DNA of 64,000 bases. It comes from Sphyrna mokarran. Lineage: Eukaryota. How positions within the stretch are numbered: the stretch's first letter is position 1; every line of letters starts with the position of its first letter. Location of the stretch: the NCBI GenBank assembly GCA_024679065.1, contig JAGIQG010000004.1:105710001-105774000 (forward strand). The letters run 5' to 3'. Both the position numbers and the translations under genes were made by a program. The notes under the pieces were generated by a model. It searched no databases. It was not told the origin of the DNA and worked only from the letters and a program-made list of their open reading frames with translations. Below, in pieces: positions 1-11,652 of this stretch.

Positions 1-830
1 TTAAATACTGACTAGTCCACTGATTCCAAGCAATCATGTAAAAGATCACCCTATTCCTCAGACCAACAATGCACAACTTTCTTTCACAGATTCTTCTGCT
101 TCAGTTTTTGCTTGGAAGCCGGGAACAGGAGCATAGCCTTGTGGTCTGTTTTGCCAAAGGATGGGTGGGTGATAGAGTGGTAGGTATGTTTGATATTTGT
201 GTAACAATAGGCTAGGATGTTTGGGCCTCTGATGGAGCAAGACACGTGTTAGTCACAACTTGGAGAGACACTCTTGTGTTTGGCCTGATTCATCTCAAGG
301 CTATTTGTGGTCGTGTGTATTTCGTCCAGTGTGATCTTCACGTCTGAATGGGGTGGAATGTAAAGTGTCATCAGGATAATACAGGTAAAGTCCTGTGGAA
401 CGTAGTAAGGGTGACATTTTAGCATTGGGTAATCTAGGTCTGCGGAGCTGAAACTCGCCGGTATTGCTATGTCTAGGCATCATGAGATGTTGCTTAGGAA
501 ACAAATCCCAACTCCCCTCAACTTGCCTGAGGCTGCTATATGATCCGTTCAGTGGATTGAAAAGTCCTCTTGTTGTAGGGTATAGTCTAGTGAAGGAAGA
601 GTGAGCCATGTCTCTATGAAACAGAGCACACAGCAGTCCGTCAGTTTTCTTTGAAAAGTGAGTCCGGCTTTAAATTTGTCTCACTTGTTTTTCAGAGATT
701 GGACATTTGAAGGAGTAAGTTGGGGGAGGGGGACCCTTGGTATTGCGTTGTTTCATCTTCGCCTGCATGTTTTCCACATTTCCTGTAGTGACTGCTTTTT
801 GAGTTTGGATGAGAGTAGCATGCGGTGTTA
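1..830 (-). mobile_element. Degenerate Rex1/Babar-clade LINE, apurinic endonuclease region (runs off the left edge)
   Basis: Frameshifted minus-strand translation gives DCCVLCFIETWL, a GGG(V)CFL-like motif, KCHPYYVPQDFT, LYIPP, a TRGPNILDHCYT-like motif, FGKTDH and DCLESVD, typical of the Rex1 ORF endonuclease; many stops. Confidence 0.75.
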
Positions 831-2679
831 AGGTTATAGTTGTATCCAATGAGGTTCTTCAGTTTGGTTGATGTGTGCATGGAGTTGTGACAAAGATAAA
901 ATAGTATTTCCATTATTATTTTGTGAAACTGACAGCAACTTCTAGTATTTGCACAAATGAAGTTCATTGATCAACATATTGCTATCACTGATTCTCTGTT
1001 CTTCCAGAGGATGCATTGTTGAAGTTTTCACAGATGGGGAATCTTCAGAAATCATTGACGGACACCTTCCCATTTAATGCTCAATGTTGTTGTTAAAACG
1101 CCCCCAAGAAATTGTTTTGTCATTGAAACATTAACTTGGTTGGTTTGTTACTGAGGTGTTGTAATATTGTGATATGAATACCAAAGATCTTGAATGGGTT
1201 TTGTTTGATATGTCAACTTCATATGTGAATTTCCGAATCTTAATTTCCAAATTTTATAAGATGTGAAATATAATCAGTGCATTTCATTTCCTGATTTGTT
1301 TTGTGAGATATCTTCAATGGGATTGGCTGTTTATCTTGCTTGATGAAATCCCTTGCTCTTCTGAGACCCCATTTGGTGCCTTATTTAAATTCATTTGGGG
1401 AAAAAAGGAATGGACAGTTTTCTTTGTGGTCAAACTAGCTTGTAGTGGCTTATTGCAGTGTATCCTTAAATTGGGTGCAAGTCTTTTCTGCAACTATTAA
1501 TGTTTCATAAGGTGATATCTGAAGAACCATTAAATCCTTGTTTGCCTAAATTGAGATACTGTAACATCCTGTATCTCCTTTGGAGAAAGGAGGAAAAATA
1601 TCAAATGCACTTGTTTATTTGCCAGTACTTTTGAACATCAAAAGTTCAAGATGTGTTTTCTTGAAGTGACATTTTCTGTTCTGGTAGTCAGTGCCTACAT
1701 TTTCACTGCCAAGATCAGAAGATTAATCCTGGATGAAATCTTCCCCTAAAATGTTTAATCCCAAGCTTAGATGAACATTCCTCAAAACTGTTTTATTTCC
1801 CAGGTCACGAGTCCATTTTTGAAGCTGGTCACCAACGTTTCCAAATTAGTGTTTTTGTAACAGAGAGCCTAGCTGATGATATATGTACATATTTTGCTTT
1901 TAACATTTTTGTAGCCAATTGTAATTTTTTGCATGAAACTTAAAATGCAAGACAACATTGCTGTGTTTCATTAATTTTTGTGAATTGAAAAAATCTTTGC
2001 CAATTGTTTTAATGTTAAGCATAATGAGGTTTCTCCTGGCACCCCTACCTCCAATCACAATCTCTTTTTCTGGAATAACCTAACCTCATAAAATTGTTGG
2101 TAGGCTAATTTTTGCATTTCTGTATTACAATTTTTGAGTTTGAGGGTGTCAGCAGTAATTTTTTTACATTAATGGGACAGGAGCTGAGCAGATGTTGTGT
2201 TTGATTTCTGGAAAGTAGAAGCACGTAATATGTATTGACTGATTGTTATGCTACTTCATCCACTTAGAAAATGTTTGGGAGCCTCAAAGGAGATAGATGA
2301 TCATTTTTGTTTGGGATTGGAATTCCACTTTAAAACGCAAGAACACAAATTGTAATATTAATGTGGCTTCCCAAACCAAATGAACCAGCTGTTCTAAAGA
2401 TCTAAGAATAGGGCTTTCTAGATTGAGGAGAATCTATTCGGGGAAAAAAATGCATTTAGTCCATACACACCAGATATAGATCACTTCCTTCAGACCAAAC
2501 ATTTGATTAGAATATTTCAGTAATATTGAAGCATCTGACAGCAGTCGTTGTGTGCAATAAATGCTGACCTTGCTCATGTAAAAAGGTAATGAAGGTTGAA
2601 GTTTTGGTCCAAGTTGCCTAACTGGCCTTCATTTCCTGGTAAACTGGCATCAGTGAATAATAGAATATTTGACTTCAAT

Positions 2680-2950
2680 ACTTCTCCTTTTAGCTTCTCC
2701 CATATTAATTAAGGTCACCCCACAGCATTGGGTTGATCCCCTTCTCCATCAACTCCAGTCAGTCATACATTCTTCCGATCCGACTATTTAAATTTCTCAC
2801 CACCGCATTCTTCCATCTGACTTTAGGCCGCCTTCTCCTTCCTGGCAGTCCCATTTCCATCAACTGTCTTACCACAGTTGTCTCTTTTTTCTCTCTGCAA
2901 TAGTTGACCATGTCATTTCAATCTCTTAGCTGCTTTCTTCAATGCCTCTT
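2680..2950 (-). mobile_element. RTE-clade (Rex3/Expander-like) LINE 3' end, decayed
   Basis: Minus strand reads RLK*HGQL..., MEMGLPG.R.RRPKVRWKNAV, followed by a GAA/GGAGAAG-type tail. Confidence 0.55.
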
Positions 2951-3069
2951 ATTACAATTTAAGGATTTATAATGTTTTGGGAATGTGTAGAATAAAATGA
3001 TAGTGGTCATATGACCTGTTCTGAACTCTGCCTGTTAGTAATCCTGGGTGGTTTGACTATTAAGTGATC

Positions 3070-4050
3070 AAAGGAAGGTTTCAATTTCTTTAATGGAAAG
3101 AAATATCAGCTGTTTAGGCTTGAAGATAATGGAAAGGCAGCTATGATGCTGGAGGTTGACTTGTCTCCAAAAGCTCAAAGGTGTTGAAAGTATTGGGTTT
3201 ATAAACAGTTGTACGGTAAACTGACCATTAACTCCAAAGTTAAATGAGTTCAAGAAGTTGGTTAAGATCAAGTGTAGTATTGGCGTCCCGCATTTAATAG
3301 AAATCAATGAGGTTACACTGAGGCATAATTTTCAGCCCTTTTTTAAAAACAGCATTGAGGCCTTTTGGCTAAGATGCAAATGAGATCAAGCACTGGAGGG
3401 AGTGCAATGCCTACTCCGATCAGCTTGGATCATGTAGATCAAGCCCAAGACAAGAATAGACTTGCTTGTCTTGTCAGCTTGGATTTGGAATGCTTCACTT
3501 GTTGAGACTTTGGATACACCAAAAATAAAGAGTTCAAGAAGACTAATGTATTTCATGTTGCCATGGAGAAGAATACAAAGGAAACATTTTTTTGTGATGA
3601 AGTTACAAACTTCCCAACAAATCAGTACATATCATAGACAGTTGTTTTAGTGCAGTCAACAGAGAGGAAGTTGCCTGACTTTGCGCACGACCACATGATG
3701 GAAATGGTTTTTTTGTTGGAGAGTCAACCTGTAGGTTCCTGGAAGGTTGATCCTGACCTGGCCAGAAGAGAGGAATTAGCAAGGCAGGTTTTATATGTAG
3801 TGAATTTGACAATTCCCCAAAATCTATTGGAAGTGTCTGTAGGTGGTCACTCAAAGTTAGTACTTGATGAAATGGGGAAATGCAAAACAGTTGAAAGCTA
3901 AGAACAGTGAGGACATTGTGCTGTAAAGTTAATTGCATGGAGAGTGTGATGGACAGGAGATATAGAAGAGCATCGTTAAGAGTTTGAATCTGAGCAAATT
4001 TTGAGCAATTTAGTAAGCAGCAGGAGTTACACTTAAGGCAGTTGGAATCT
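3070..4050 (+). mobile_element. Internally deleted Gypsy (Gmr1-like) LTR-retrotransposon remnant
   Basis: ORF 3650-3901 has DPDL...TIP...EVSVGGH, resembling the integrase N-terminal HEVPVGGHLG motif; a later (S)EQILSNL resembles the INT-RT linker; highly decayed. Confidence 0.4.
3258..3520 (+). pseudogene. U2 snRNA-derived fragments (mosaic, not a functional U2 gene)
   Basis: 3258-3280 TTGGTTAAGATCAAGTGTAGTAT is 22/23 identical to the U2 5' region including GTAGTA; 3359-3375 GGCCTTTTGGCTAAGAT is an exact U2 match; TCTTGTCAGCTTGGAT resembles U2 TCTTATCAGTTTAAT; no Sm site or 3' stem-loops seen. Confidence 0.7.
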
Positions 4051-4465
4051 ATTTCAGATAGTTCTTGTTTCTCATTGACTGTAATGACTGAGAAAGAAAC
4101 TCACTTCCTTCAAGTCTTCTTTGATACTCTTTACAACTCATTCTGATTTTTTTCCCTAGGCTCAATATATTGGATTCATATATTGGGTTTGTAGTTGACT
4201 GATCCTCATAATTCAATTAGTTTATCAGAATGCTTTTTGGCAATCATCCATTGTGTGAAACTTCTTCAAAGAACTGCACATTGACTTGTTGAATTTCTCA
4301 TGTCAGCAAATTCCTGAAACTTTCTTGTAAGGTTTAATGCTAAGCTGATGGGGTTGGAGTAGATTGAACATTCATAATCTCATTTGCCACTGACACTGAA
4401 ATATTGAGAATTACTTGCATGTCAAAATATTACTCTGTGCTGCTAATTGGAAGAATTGTCAAATT

Positions 4466-4682
4466 GAACAAAGAAAATTGCAGCACAGGAACAGGCCTTT
4501 CGGTCCTTCAAGCCTGCACTGACCACGCTGTCTGACTTCACTAAAACCCTCTACCCTTCCAGGGGCCATATCACTCTGTCCCCATCCTATTCACATATTT
4601 GTCAAGATGCCCCTTAAAATCACTACTGATCAGCTTCCACCAACTCCCCCAGCAATGAGTTCCAGGCACCAATCACCTCCCT
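4466..4682 (-). mobile_element. CR1/HER1 LINE, 5'-truncated 3' end
   Basis: CR1 3' hairpin/tail (GAACAGGCCTTTCGG..AAGCCTG) and ORF2 C-terminal GAWNSLLG; same subfamily as 30700-31435. Confidence 0.8.
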
Positions 4683-5134
4683 ATCTGAATTGTGTGAGGA
4701 AACCAAATGTTTTGTTCTTTTCACCTATTAATACCACTTGATTATAGCTTGCAAGGTTTTATTTTAAAAGAACTTACTTATCAGCTGTCTCTTTGGCACA
4801 AATCACCCATCTTTCACAGGAAATTAGTTTAAACCAGTTGGTAAAATTATATTTGCATAGCAGCAATATGATGCATTGAATGAACCGAGCATGGAATCCT
4901 GCTATATAATTACACCTTTGTAAAAACCACACTATTATTTGAAATTTATATCACCATAATTGTATATATATTTTCTCTCCTTTCTAATAGTACATAGATC
5001 CTCAGCTAACCGAACTTGCAAATGAAATTTGATGGAATCGCATTATTGTTTACTAGAATGAGGAATGATAAAAATTGTTTGAATCACATTGTATAAATTG
5101 TATTCTGTTTCTTAAGTTTTATACAGTGCTTAAA

Positions 5135-6640
5135 GTAGCAAAACTGCTGAAAATCTGAAATAACATAGAGAATGCTGATAATCTGCATGTTGGGCAGCAT
5201 CTATGGAGAGGGAAACAGTTAACGTTTGAGATCAATGATCCTTTATCCAAGCTAAGAAAGGAGAGATGTTATAGATTTTAAGAAAATGCAAAAGCAGGGA
5301 AATATGGGAATGAAAACACAAGATATGGTAGGTAATAGTGTATGTCAATTCTTTTGACACCTCCTTCTACTTTCCTCATAACCCCAACACTGAATATCAA
5401 GCTATTATTTCTAAGAGTGCCATTACCTCACCTCTTTGGAGACTTATCTGCTATAACCTCTAACCATAATATTCCTAACCTTACGGATCCAACCAGCTGG
5501 CTCCCCCCCATCATGGTTCACAAACTTCATTGTCCTGATAAATGCATCTTCATGTTCTGATTTCAGAGCTGACTTTTTTCTTCTATTTTCTGTCTACTGT
5601 CCAATCCTTTCAGCTGTATCTGCTGTGTCTTTCTGAAATCTTCTGCTATTTTCCAGTTTTCGTGCCCTACCAATCTCTTTCCATCATGATTGTCCAATCA
5701 CTCTGCACTGCCATCTCCCACTAGGACTGAGGGTCTCCACTTTCTCTTTGAGAGTTTTCTTTGAACATGGCCAAATTAATGCCCATCTCTTGCCTGGTTG
5801 AACCTCTTCTCACATGGAGCAATTTCTCCGTTTGACTCCCCTCCCTCCCTCCCTCCAAACAAAACGTGTGGGCCTACAATGATTATCTTTTGATGGAATT
5901 TGTGGGACATGCTTTGAGCTATCAGTTCTATTTTCTACTCAGCTTGAAGGGTAAAGTTTCGTCAACTTTGCTTACAATTTCCATGCTGATTTAAAGATTT
6001 CCTTTCCTTCCTCGACTTCCTTGTCTTTAGCATCAGTGGAAGTATCAACGCTTACAAGTTCTTTCCCAAGTTTCTCGTGATCCTGACTTTGAAGTATATC
6101 ACATTTCTTGAACTGTTGCTGGATTGAAATCCTGGAAAACTCTCTAGAACAGCACAGTGGGTTTACCTACAACACATGGACTGCAGCAGTTTGGGGTGAG
6201 AAATGCATTTAATGATACATATAAATGCTGGTGATGCCAACAATTCCCATATCCCTGAAATGCATAAAGAAAATGCTGCTCAAGAGGTGGTTCCTCTGAA
6301 CATAACCGACAACAGGAGATTTATTGACTATTTTGTTGAACTGTCTCTGATCAATCTGGAAGCTTCCTGTCACCTCTGATTTCAAAATTGATCTCCAATT
6401 TCACTCTGGGTTCTCTGTCCTGTTGTTATAGTGAATCTCAAGTGCAACTCAAAGACCAGCACCTTATTTTTCAGTTTGACACTACAATCTTGGTTCAACA
6501 CTGAGTTCAACAATTTCATATTTACAACCACAGCCTCTATTTTCTTTCAAACAGCAGTATTGGTAATGGTTCTTCTACTATTCTCCTTTATACTACCTCT
6601 AGCTTCATCTTTTGTTTCTTTATTTTTTAATTTTCAGTGA
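5135..6640 (+). mobile_element. Penelope-like element, decayed (inverted pLTR piece at 5135-5330, then RT and GIY-YIG remnants)
   Basis: Frameshifted + strand translation resembles DTSSY..HDPTTEYQAII, TMDVQSLYTSIPH, LVELLLT.NNFS, PFLDF, LPV..F, QHLIF.L.TLQ..FNTEFNNF; 3' pLTR resumes at 8580. Confidence 0.7.
6055..6273 (+). mobile_element. 3' end of an abundant CR1-group (Crack/L2-like, clade uncertain) LINE, here called family B, inserted in the Penelope element
   Basis: ATCCTGACTT..AAATCCTGGAA..AACAGCAC.GTGGGT..ACATGGACTGCAGC..ATAAATGCTGG..AAA; the same tail recurs several times in the window. Confidence 0.6.
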
Positions 6641-6643
6641 GAT

Positions 6644-8576
6644 GGGCTGACTCCAGTGACGTTAAAAATGGTGGGCAGGGCCCAGATGAGAGAGTTCCAT
6701 TGCAATTTCAAGCATATTTAATTTTTGCCATTGGAGAAAGGATGTGGTATGAATCAAAGCAGCAGGAAACTTAAACTCGGGGTCATTTGAAATTAGTGTT
6801 GAGTTTAAATAGACCCATTTTTTGATGTTCCAAGTACTTTAATTTATTATTGTCATATGTATTAACATACAGCAAAAAGTATTGTTTCTTGTGAGCTATG
6901 CAGACAAAGCATACCATTCATAGAGAAGAAAATAAGAGAATGCAGAATATAGTGTTATAGTCATTGCTAGGATGCAGAGAAAGAATGCAAGGTAAGTTCA
7001 TTCAAAAGTCTGACAGCAGCAGGGAAGAATGTGTACTTGAGTCGGTTGGTATGTAACCTCAGATTTTTGTATCTTTTTTCCAAAGGAAGAAAGTGAAAGA
7101 GAGAATGCCAGGGCTGCATGCAATCCTTAATTATGCAGGCTGCTTTGCCGAGGCAGTGGGAAGTGTAGACAAAGTCAATGGATGGGAGGCTGGTTTGAGT
7201 GATGGATTAGGCTACATTCACGACCTTTTGTAGATCCTTGCGGTGTTAGGTAGACCAGGAGCCGTATCAAGCTTACAACCAGAAAGAAGGCTTTCTATGG
7301 TGCATCCATAAGAGTTGATGAGAGTCGTAACTGACATGCCAAATTCCTTAGACACCTAAGAAAGCAGATGGGCTTTCCTAACTATAGTGTTGGCATGGGG
7401 TGGGGGAGTTGGGGGGCGGGGGAACTAGGACAGGTTGTTGGTGATCTGGACATCTAAATACTTGAAGCTCTTGACCCTTTCTACTTCATCCGCAGCGATG
7501 GAGACAGCAGCATGGTTTCCTTTACGCTTCCTGAAGTTGATGACAATCTGGTTTGTTTTGTCGACATTGGGGGAGAGATTATTGTTGCTGCAATAATTCA
7601 CCAGATTCTCTCTCTCTCATTCCTGTACTTTGTCTCTTCATTATTTGAGATCTGACCCACTATGGTGGCATTGCAAGCAAACTTGAAAATTGAATTTAAC
7701 AGTATGAGAGTCACAAATTTATAGCGGAAGTGTAAACGCTTGCGAAGAGTAAATAAGATCTGATTAATTATCTTGATCTAAAGTTATTTAAATTCCCAAA
7801 AGAATAGACTGTCACGGTCAATGGGGAAAAAAGTATTGATTGACTGGCCTTCTGGTGTATCTCAGAAAAAATACATTAGCTTTCCGTTCCTGCAGTTCAG
7901 TAGACATCATAGTTGATGTTTCACAATAGTTATTATTGTAACTGACTTCATTATGAAACCTTGATTGAGTTTCAAAAGCTCCAAAACCAGATGTCTTAGC
8001 AGGAAAGCTGAGTTTACATTTTGATGGATAGTTTTGAGGGCTGTTAAAGGATTGGTTAAGTTTTTAATGTGGTTAGTTAAATAGATGTGTATTTGTCTTT
8101 GCAATAGATTGAGCAATTGAAAGGAATTAATATTTTAAAATTGATTTTAGAAATGAGTTTTTTTCAGTATGAACTGCATTAGTGACAGCTCTCAGATTGT
8201 TAGCAATTCAATTGTATTGTTCTTTACGTGATTCCTGAGGTCTGCTCATAATGGATGATGTGTGGGGGCTTTGCAGATGGCATGGGGATATGAAGGGGTA
8301 CTGGTGTGGGTGAAAGTTTGAGGGGTTTGAGCTAGAGAAGCTAATACAATTTTTATAGAACTGAGCTGAAGTCAAGAGAACTGATGTAGGCCTTCTAACC
8401 AGCCCTGTGTTGACATGTGCCAATATTAGTGGCTGTCTTCCAAACTACTCTCACTCCTCTGGAGTGAAAGTGATGTGTATATAAGTGTCATTTATATGGC
8501 GACAGTTCTGTTCAGTTAGGGGGACTCCCAACTTGAGCTTCCTGTTTTGATGTTGAAAATCTCCTGCTTTCTAGCC
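6644..8576. mobile_element. Probable non-autonomous Harbinger/PIF-type DNA element splitting the Penelope 3' end
   Basis: Begins GGGCTG and ends ...TTCTAGCC (weak terminal inverted repeat); Penelope sequence resumes on both sides; contains a Rex1 insertion. Confidence 0.35.
6838..7695 (-). mobile_element. Rex1/Babar LINE 3' part (RT C-terminus and 3' UTR)
   Basis: Minus strand: FKFACNATIVGQISNNEETKYRNE..NLVNYCSNNNLSPNVDKTNQIVINFRKR; Rex1-type tail ..CATATGACAATAATAAAT. Confidence 0.8.
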
Positions 8577-8579
8577 TAC

Positions 8580-8770
8580 CACAGAGCTTTCCTTTTGTTG
8601 TTTTCCCTTGTGTGCTTTTCCGTCTCTCTATTTGTTAAAATATATAATGTTTCTAATTTTCCCTATTCTGATGAAAGGCCATCAAGTTGAAACATTAACA
8701 TTGTTTCTCTCTCAAAGATGACGCCAAACATGTTGAGCATTTCCAGCATTTTTCATCTTTTAAATTAGTT
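8580..8770 (+). mobile_element. Penelope 3' pLTR with decayed type-I hammerhead ribozyme core
   Basis: CTGATGA (8668-8674) ... GAAAC (8689-8693) followed by the shark PLE pLTR tail (..GAGCATTTCCAGCATTTT). Confidence 0.65.
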
Positions 8771-11652
8771 TATAGTTGTGCCCCATCTCACTGGGGTGCT
8801 TTCAGACTGCCACATGGCCACAAATGTAAGATCACAGCATCTGATGCTTGTTATAAGGGGTGTATGTTTTTATTCATTCATGTGATCATCATTGGCTAGG
8901 CTAACATTTATTGTGACTGCTTAGGCAATGGTGTTGTTTAGCTAGACTTTGTGAAGTCTTAACCCCTTCAGGTACTGTTCCATTTTTCCAAATCTCATTT
9001 ATATCCCAGCAACCTCCTTGTTTGGTAGTAAAATTCTCCTCCTTGATTAATATTGACGCAAATTATTCCATTATCTCAGTCAGTTATTGCTCCAGCTAGA
9101 GGATAATGTCCAATCCTGGGCCTCAGACTTTATGATGTATGTGCAGGTGTTTGGAAAGCTGTGGAATAGATTTTTGAGACTGGTTTCAGCATGATTGGTA
9201 GATCAACTGGAGGACTCAGGTTTTTATCTTTTAAAGAGAGAAGACTAAAAGGAACATTCTGGAAAAACTCATCAGGTCTGGCAGCATCTGTAGGGAGAGA
9301 GAACAGAGTTAAAGATTTAAATCAGTTTGGAACTGAGTGAAGATCAAGTCGATATTATGCTGTAGCAAAAAGAGATTGTTATACTTTTGCTACAATCTTC
9401 AGAGCAAGTGCAAGATGACCAGGTGCAGAGGAGGGGAGAACTGTTTTTGCTAATGTCTCTTCTAACTTGATGCTTAACTATTTAAACATTGTTCATAAGT
9501 ACTTAAAATGGTCATTTAATTTATCCCATTATATTTCAAAATTTCTGAGCTAACAACCCAGATTTAATTGGTTGTCTTAATGTAAACGTATCTGCAAATT
9601 TGGCTAAATTGCTTTGAGTTTCTGAATCCAAGACATGATATGAACTTAATAGCCAAATCAGCGTTTATATCTGAATGTCTGTGGAATCTGCTGGGAACTT
9701 CAAGGAACTGTAGCTGATATTGCCGTGCTGCCTCCAAAATACTTTCCCTTCTTATTCCATCCTTTCGGTTTGGGATGCTGAAGATTAATGTACCTTTTTT
9801 TTGAAAAAAAGCAGAGTAGTGTATACTTGTGCAAGATCTTTGTATCTCCATTATGATCTTTGGCATGAACAGTCTATACTAAGACTATTTAATGTCATTT
9901 CCCACGCGGGGACTGAACAAGATGTTCTTTTATAAAACTATATTAAAAGGTTACTGTTTAGACAAACTGAACAACTGACAATTGAAATAGTCTATTTTGT
10001 TGTCACTGAAAATGAGTTAACGTTTACCCTGGTAAATATGAATGGAGACTACATTTATGTTTGGATTTATATTTAAAGGGTTGTTCATGTAGTGCAAACT
10101 AGTTAATTCTCAGATTTAAGATTAAACATGACTAATACAGAAAATGCTGGAAACACTTAGCTGGTCTGGCAGCGCCTGTGGAGAAGGAAAGTGCATTAAT
10201 GTCTTAGGTTTATAGCATCTATGGCACTTTATTTCAGTTTTGCCAGGCAATATTATTGTTGTATGTAGAAGACACAATTTTTTTTTCCAATTTGTGTCTA
10301 ACCAGATGCCCATGAACCAGATCAGAATTCAATGCCTTAATTAAGACATCGGTATATATTACTTATCAACTGCATCATTAAGTGAAACTGAGATTTCATA
10401 ATTTCTTGAAATGGCATGTTAGGGCATTCAAAGAAAATTCAAAGATGTGCTAAGGCTTTCTTGATGACCATGGAAGTAAGGATTTGTGGGGTGTGATCAA
10501 AGATCATCATTTATATGCTAATAAATTATTACCATAATGCTTGCTGCATCTCTTACCACACATGACCTGTGAGCTGAGACAAGGCAAAGTACTTTTAAAT
10601 ATCCTGCCACTGATATAGTTTTTATTTGCCTGCGTTGGATAATGCTATTTTTCTTCTCTTAGCTCTTGACATGTACTAGGTCATATTTTTGCCCTACGTA
10701 CCTGTGCAATTTGAATACAATTTGACTCCTTGGGCAGAATTTCCCAGCTGCGCTCATCCCATCTTCACCATTCGTAAAATTCCCCATGAGCTTATTGTCT
10801 TAGTGTTTCTTTTAGCGGTTGGCTTAAATTATTTTAATTCAGGTTACAAGTAAAACAAGTTTGTTAAGATTAACTAATAGCAGCTGAGCAATTAAATAAC
10901 TCAATGTTTATTTTTTTATCTGCCATTTTACTTTCTCGCAGACTTCAATATTTGGAGCTCAAATTTTGTTGTGGTATGATTAAGCTTGCTGTTTTGCTTT
11001 GCAAAACAAATTATTTTTCCTTATCATTATTAAATTTGTTACCTTTACTAAATGTGTCAACATCAAGGAGCCCCAGTCATTTACAGAAGCTTAAAATTTA
11101 AGTTGTTACACAGCTAGAAAAATAAGTGCCAGCTGAAAAAAACTAACTACCAACTATCAGGATTCAACAGTGTGAATATATACAAAGTGTAGAATGTCTC
11201 AGCATCAGCAAGTATGATTTTCTCATTGCCATTGTTTAGAGAAAATTTTGAACTTTTCAACAAAATTTGAAAGAAGCCAGAGAATGAAGGCTAGAATTTC
11301 CTGTTGGCTGAGGTATTATTTCACAAGAAAACTATGAAATTACTTTGCTTGCGATGAAACTAACTTTTTTAGTTTCCCATTCATTATGTTAAACAATCAT
11401 TGATTTTGGTGATCTGACTTAAAATCTGTGGTTCAGCAGCATTCTTTGTTTTTATTTCTGTGAAGCACACAAGAAAGTTTTATTACATTAAAGCTGCATT
11501 ACAGATATAAATTATTGTGCTTATTTGATTGTGTATTTAGTCTATTTCAAAAATATTTTCTCAAGTTTCTGATGGTTGTGCAGCATTTACACGAAGTAAG
11601 CTGACCTTTGCTTTCCAGTTGGCATATGGATGTTTAGGTTAGGCGGAAGGGA

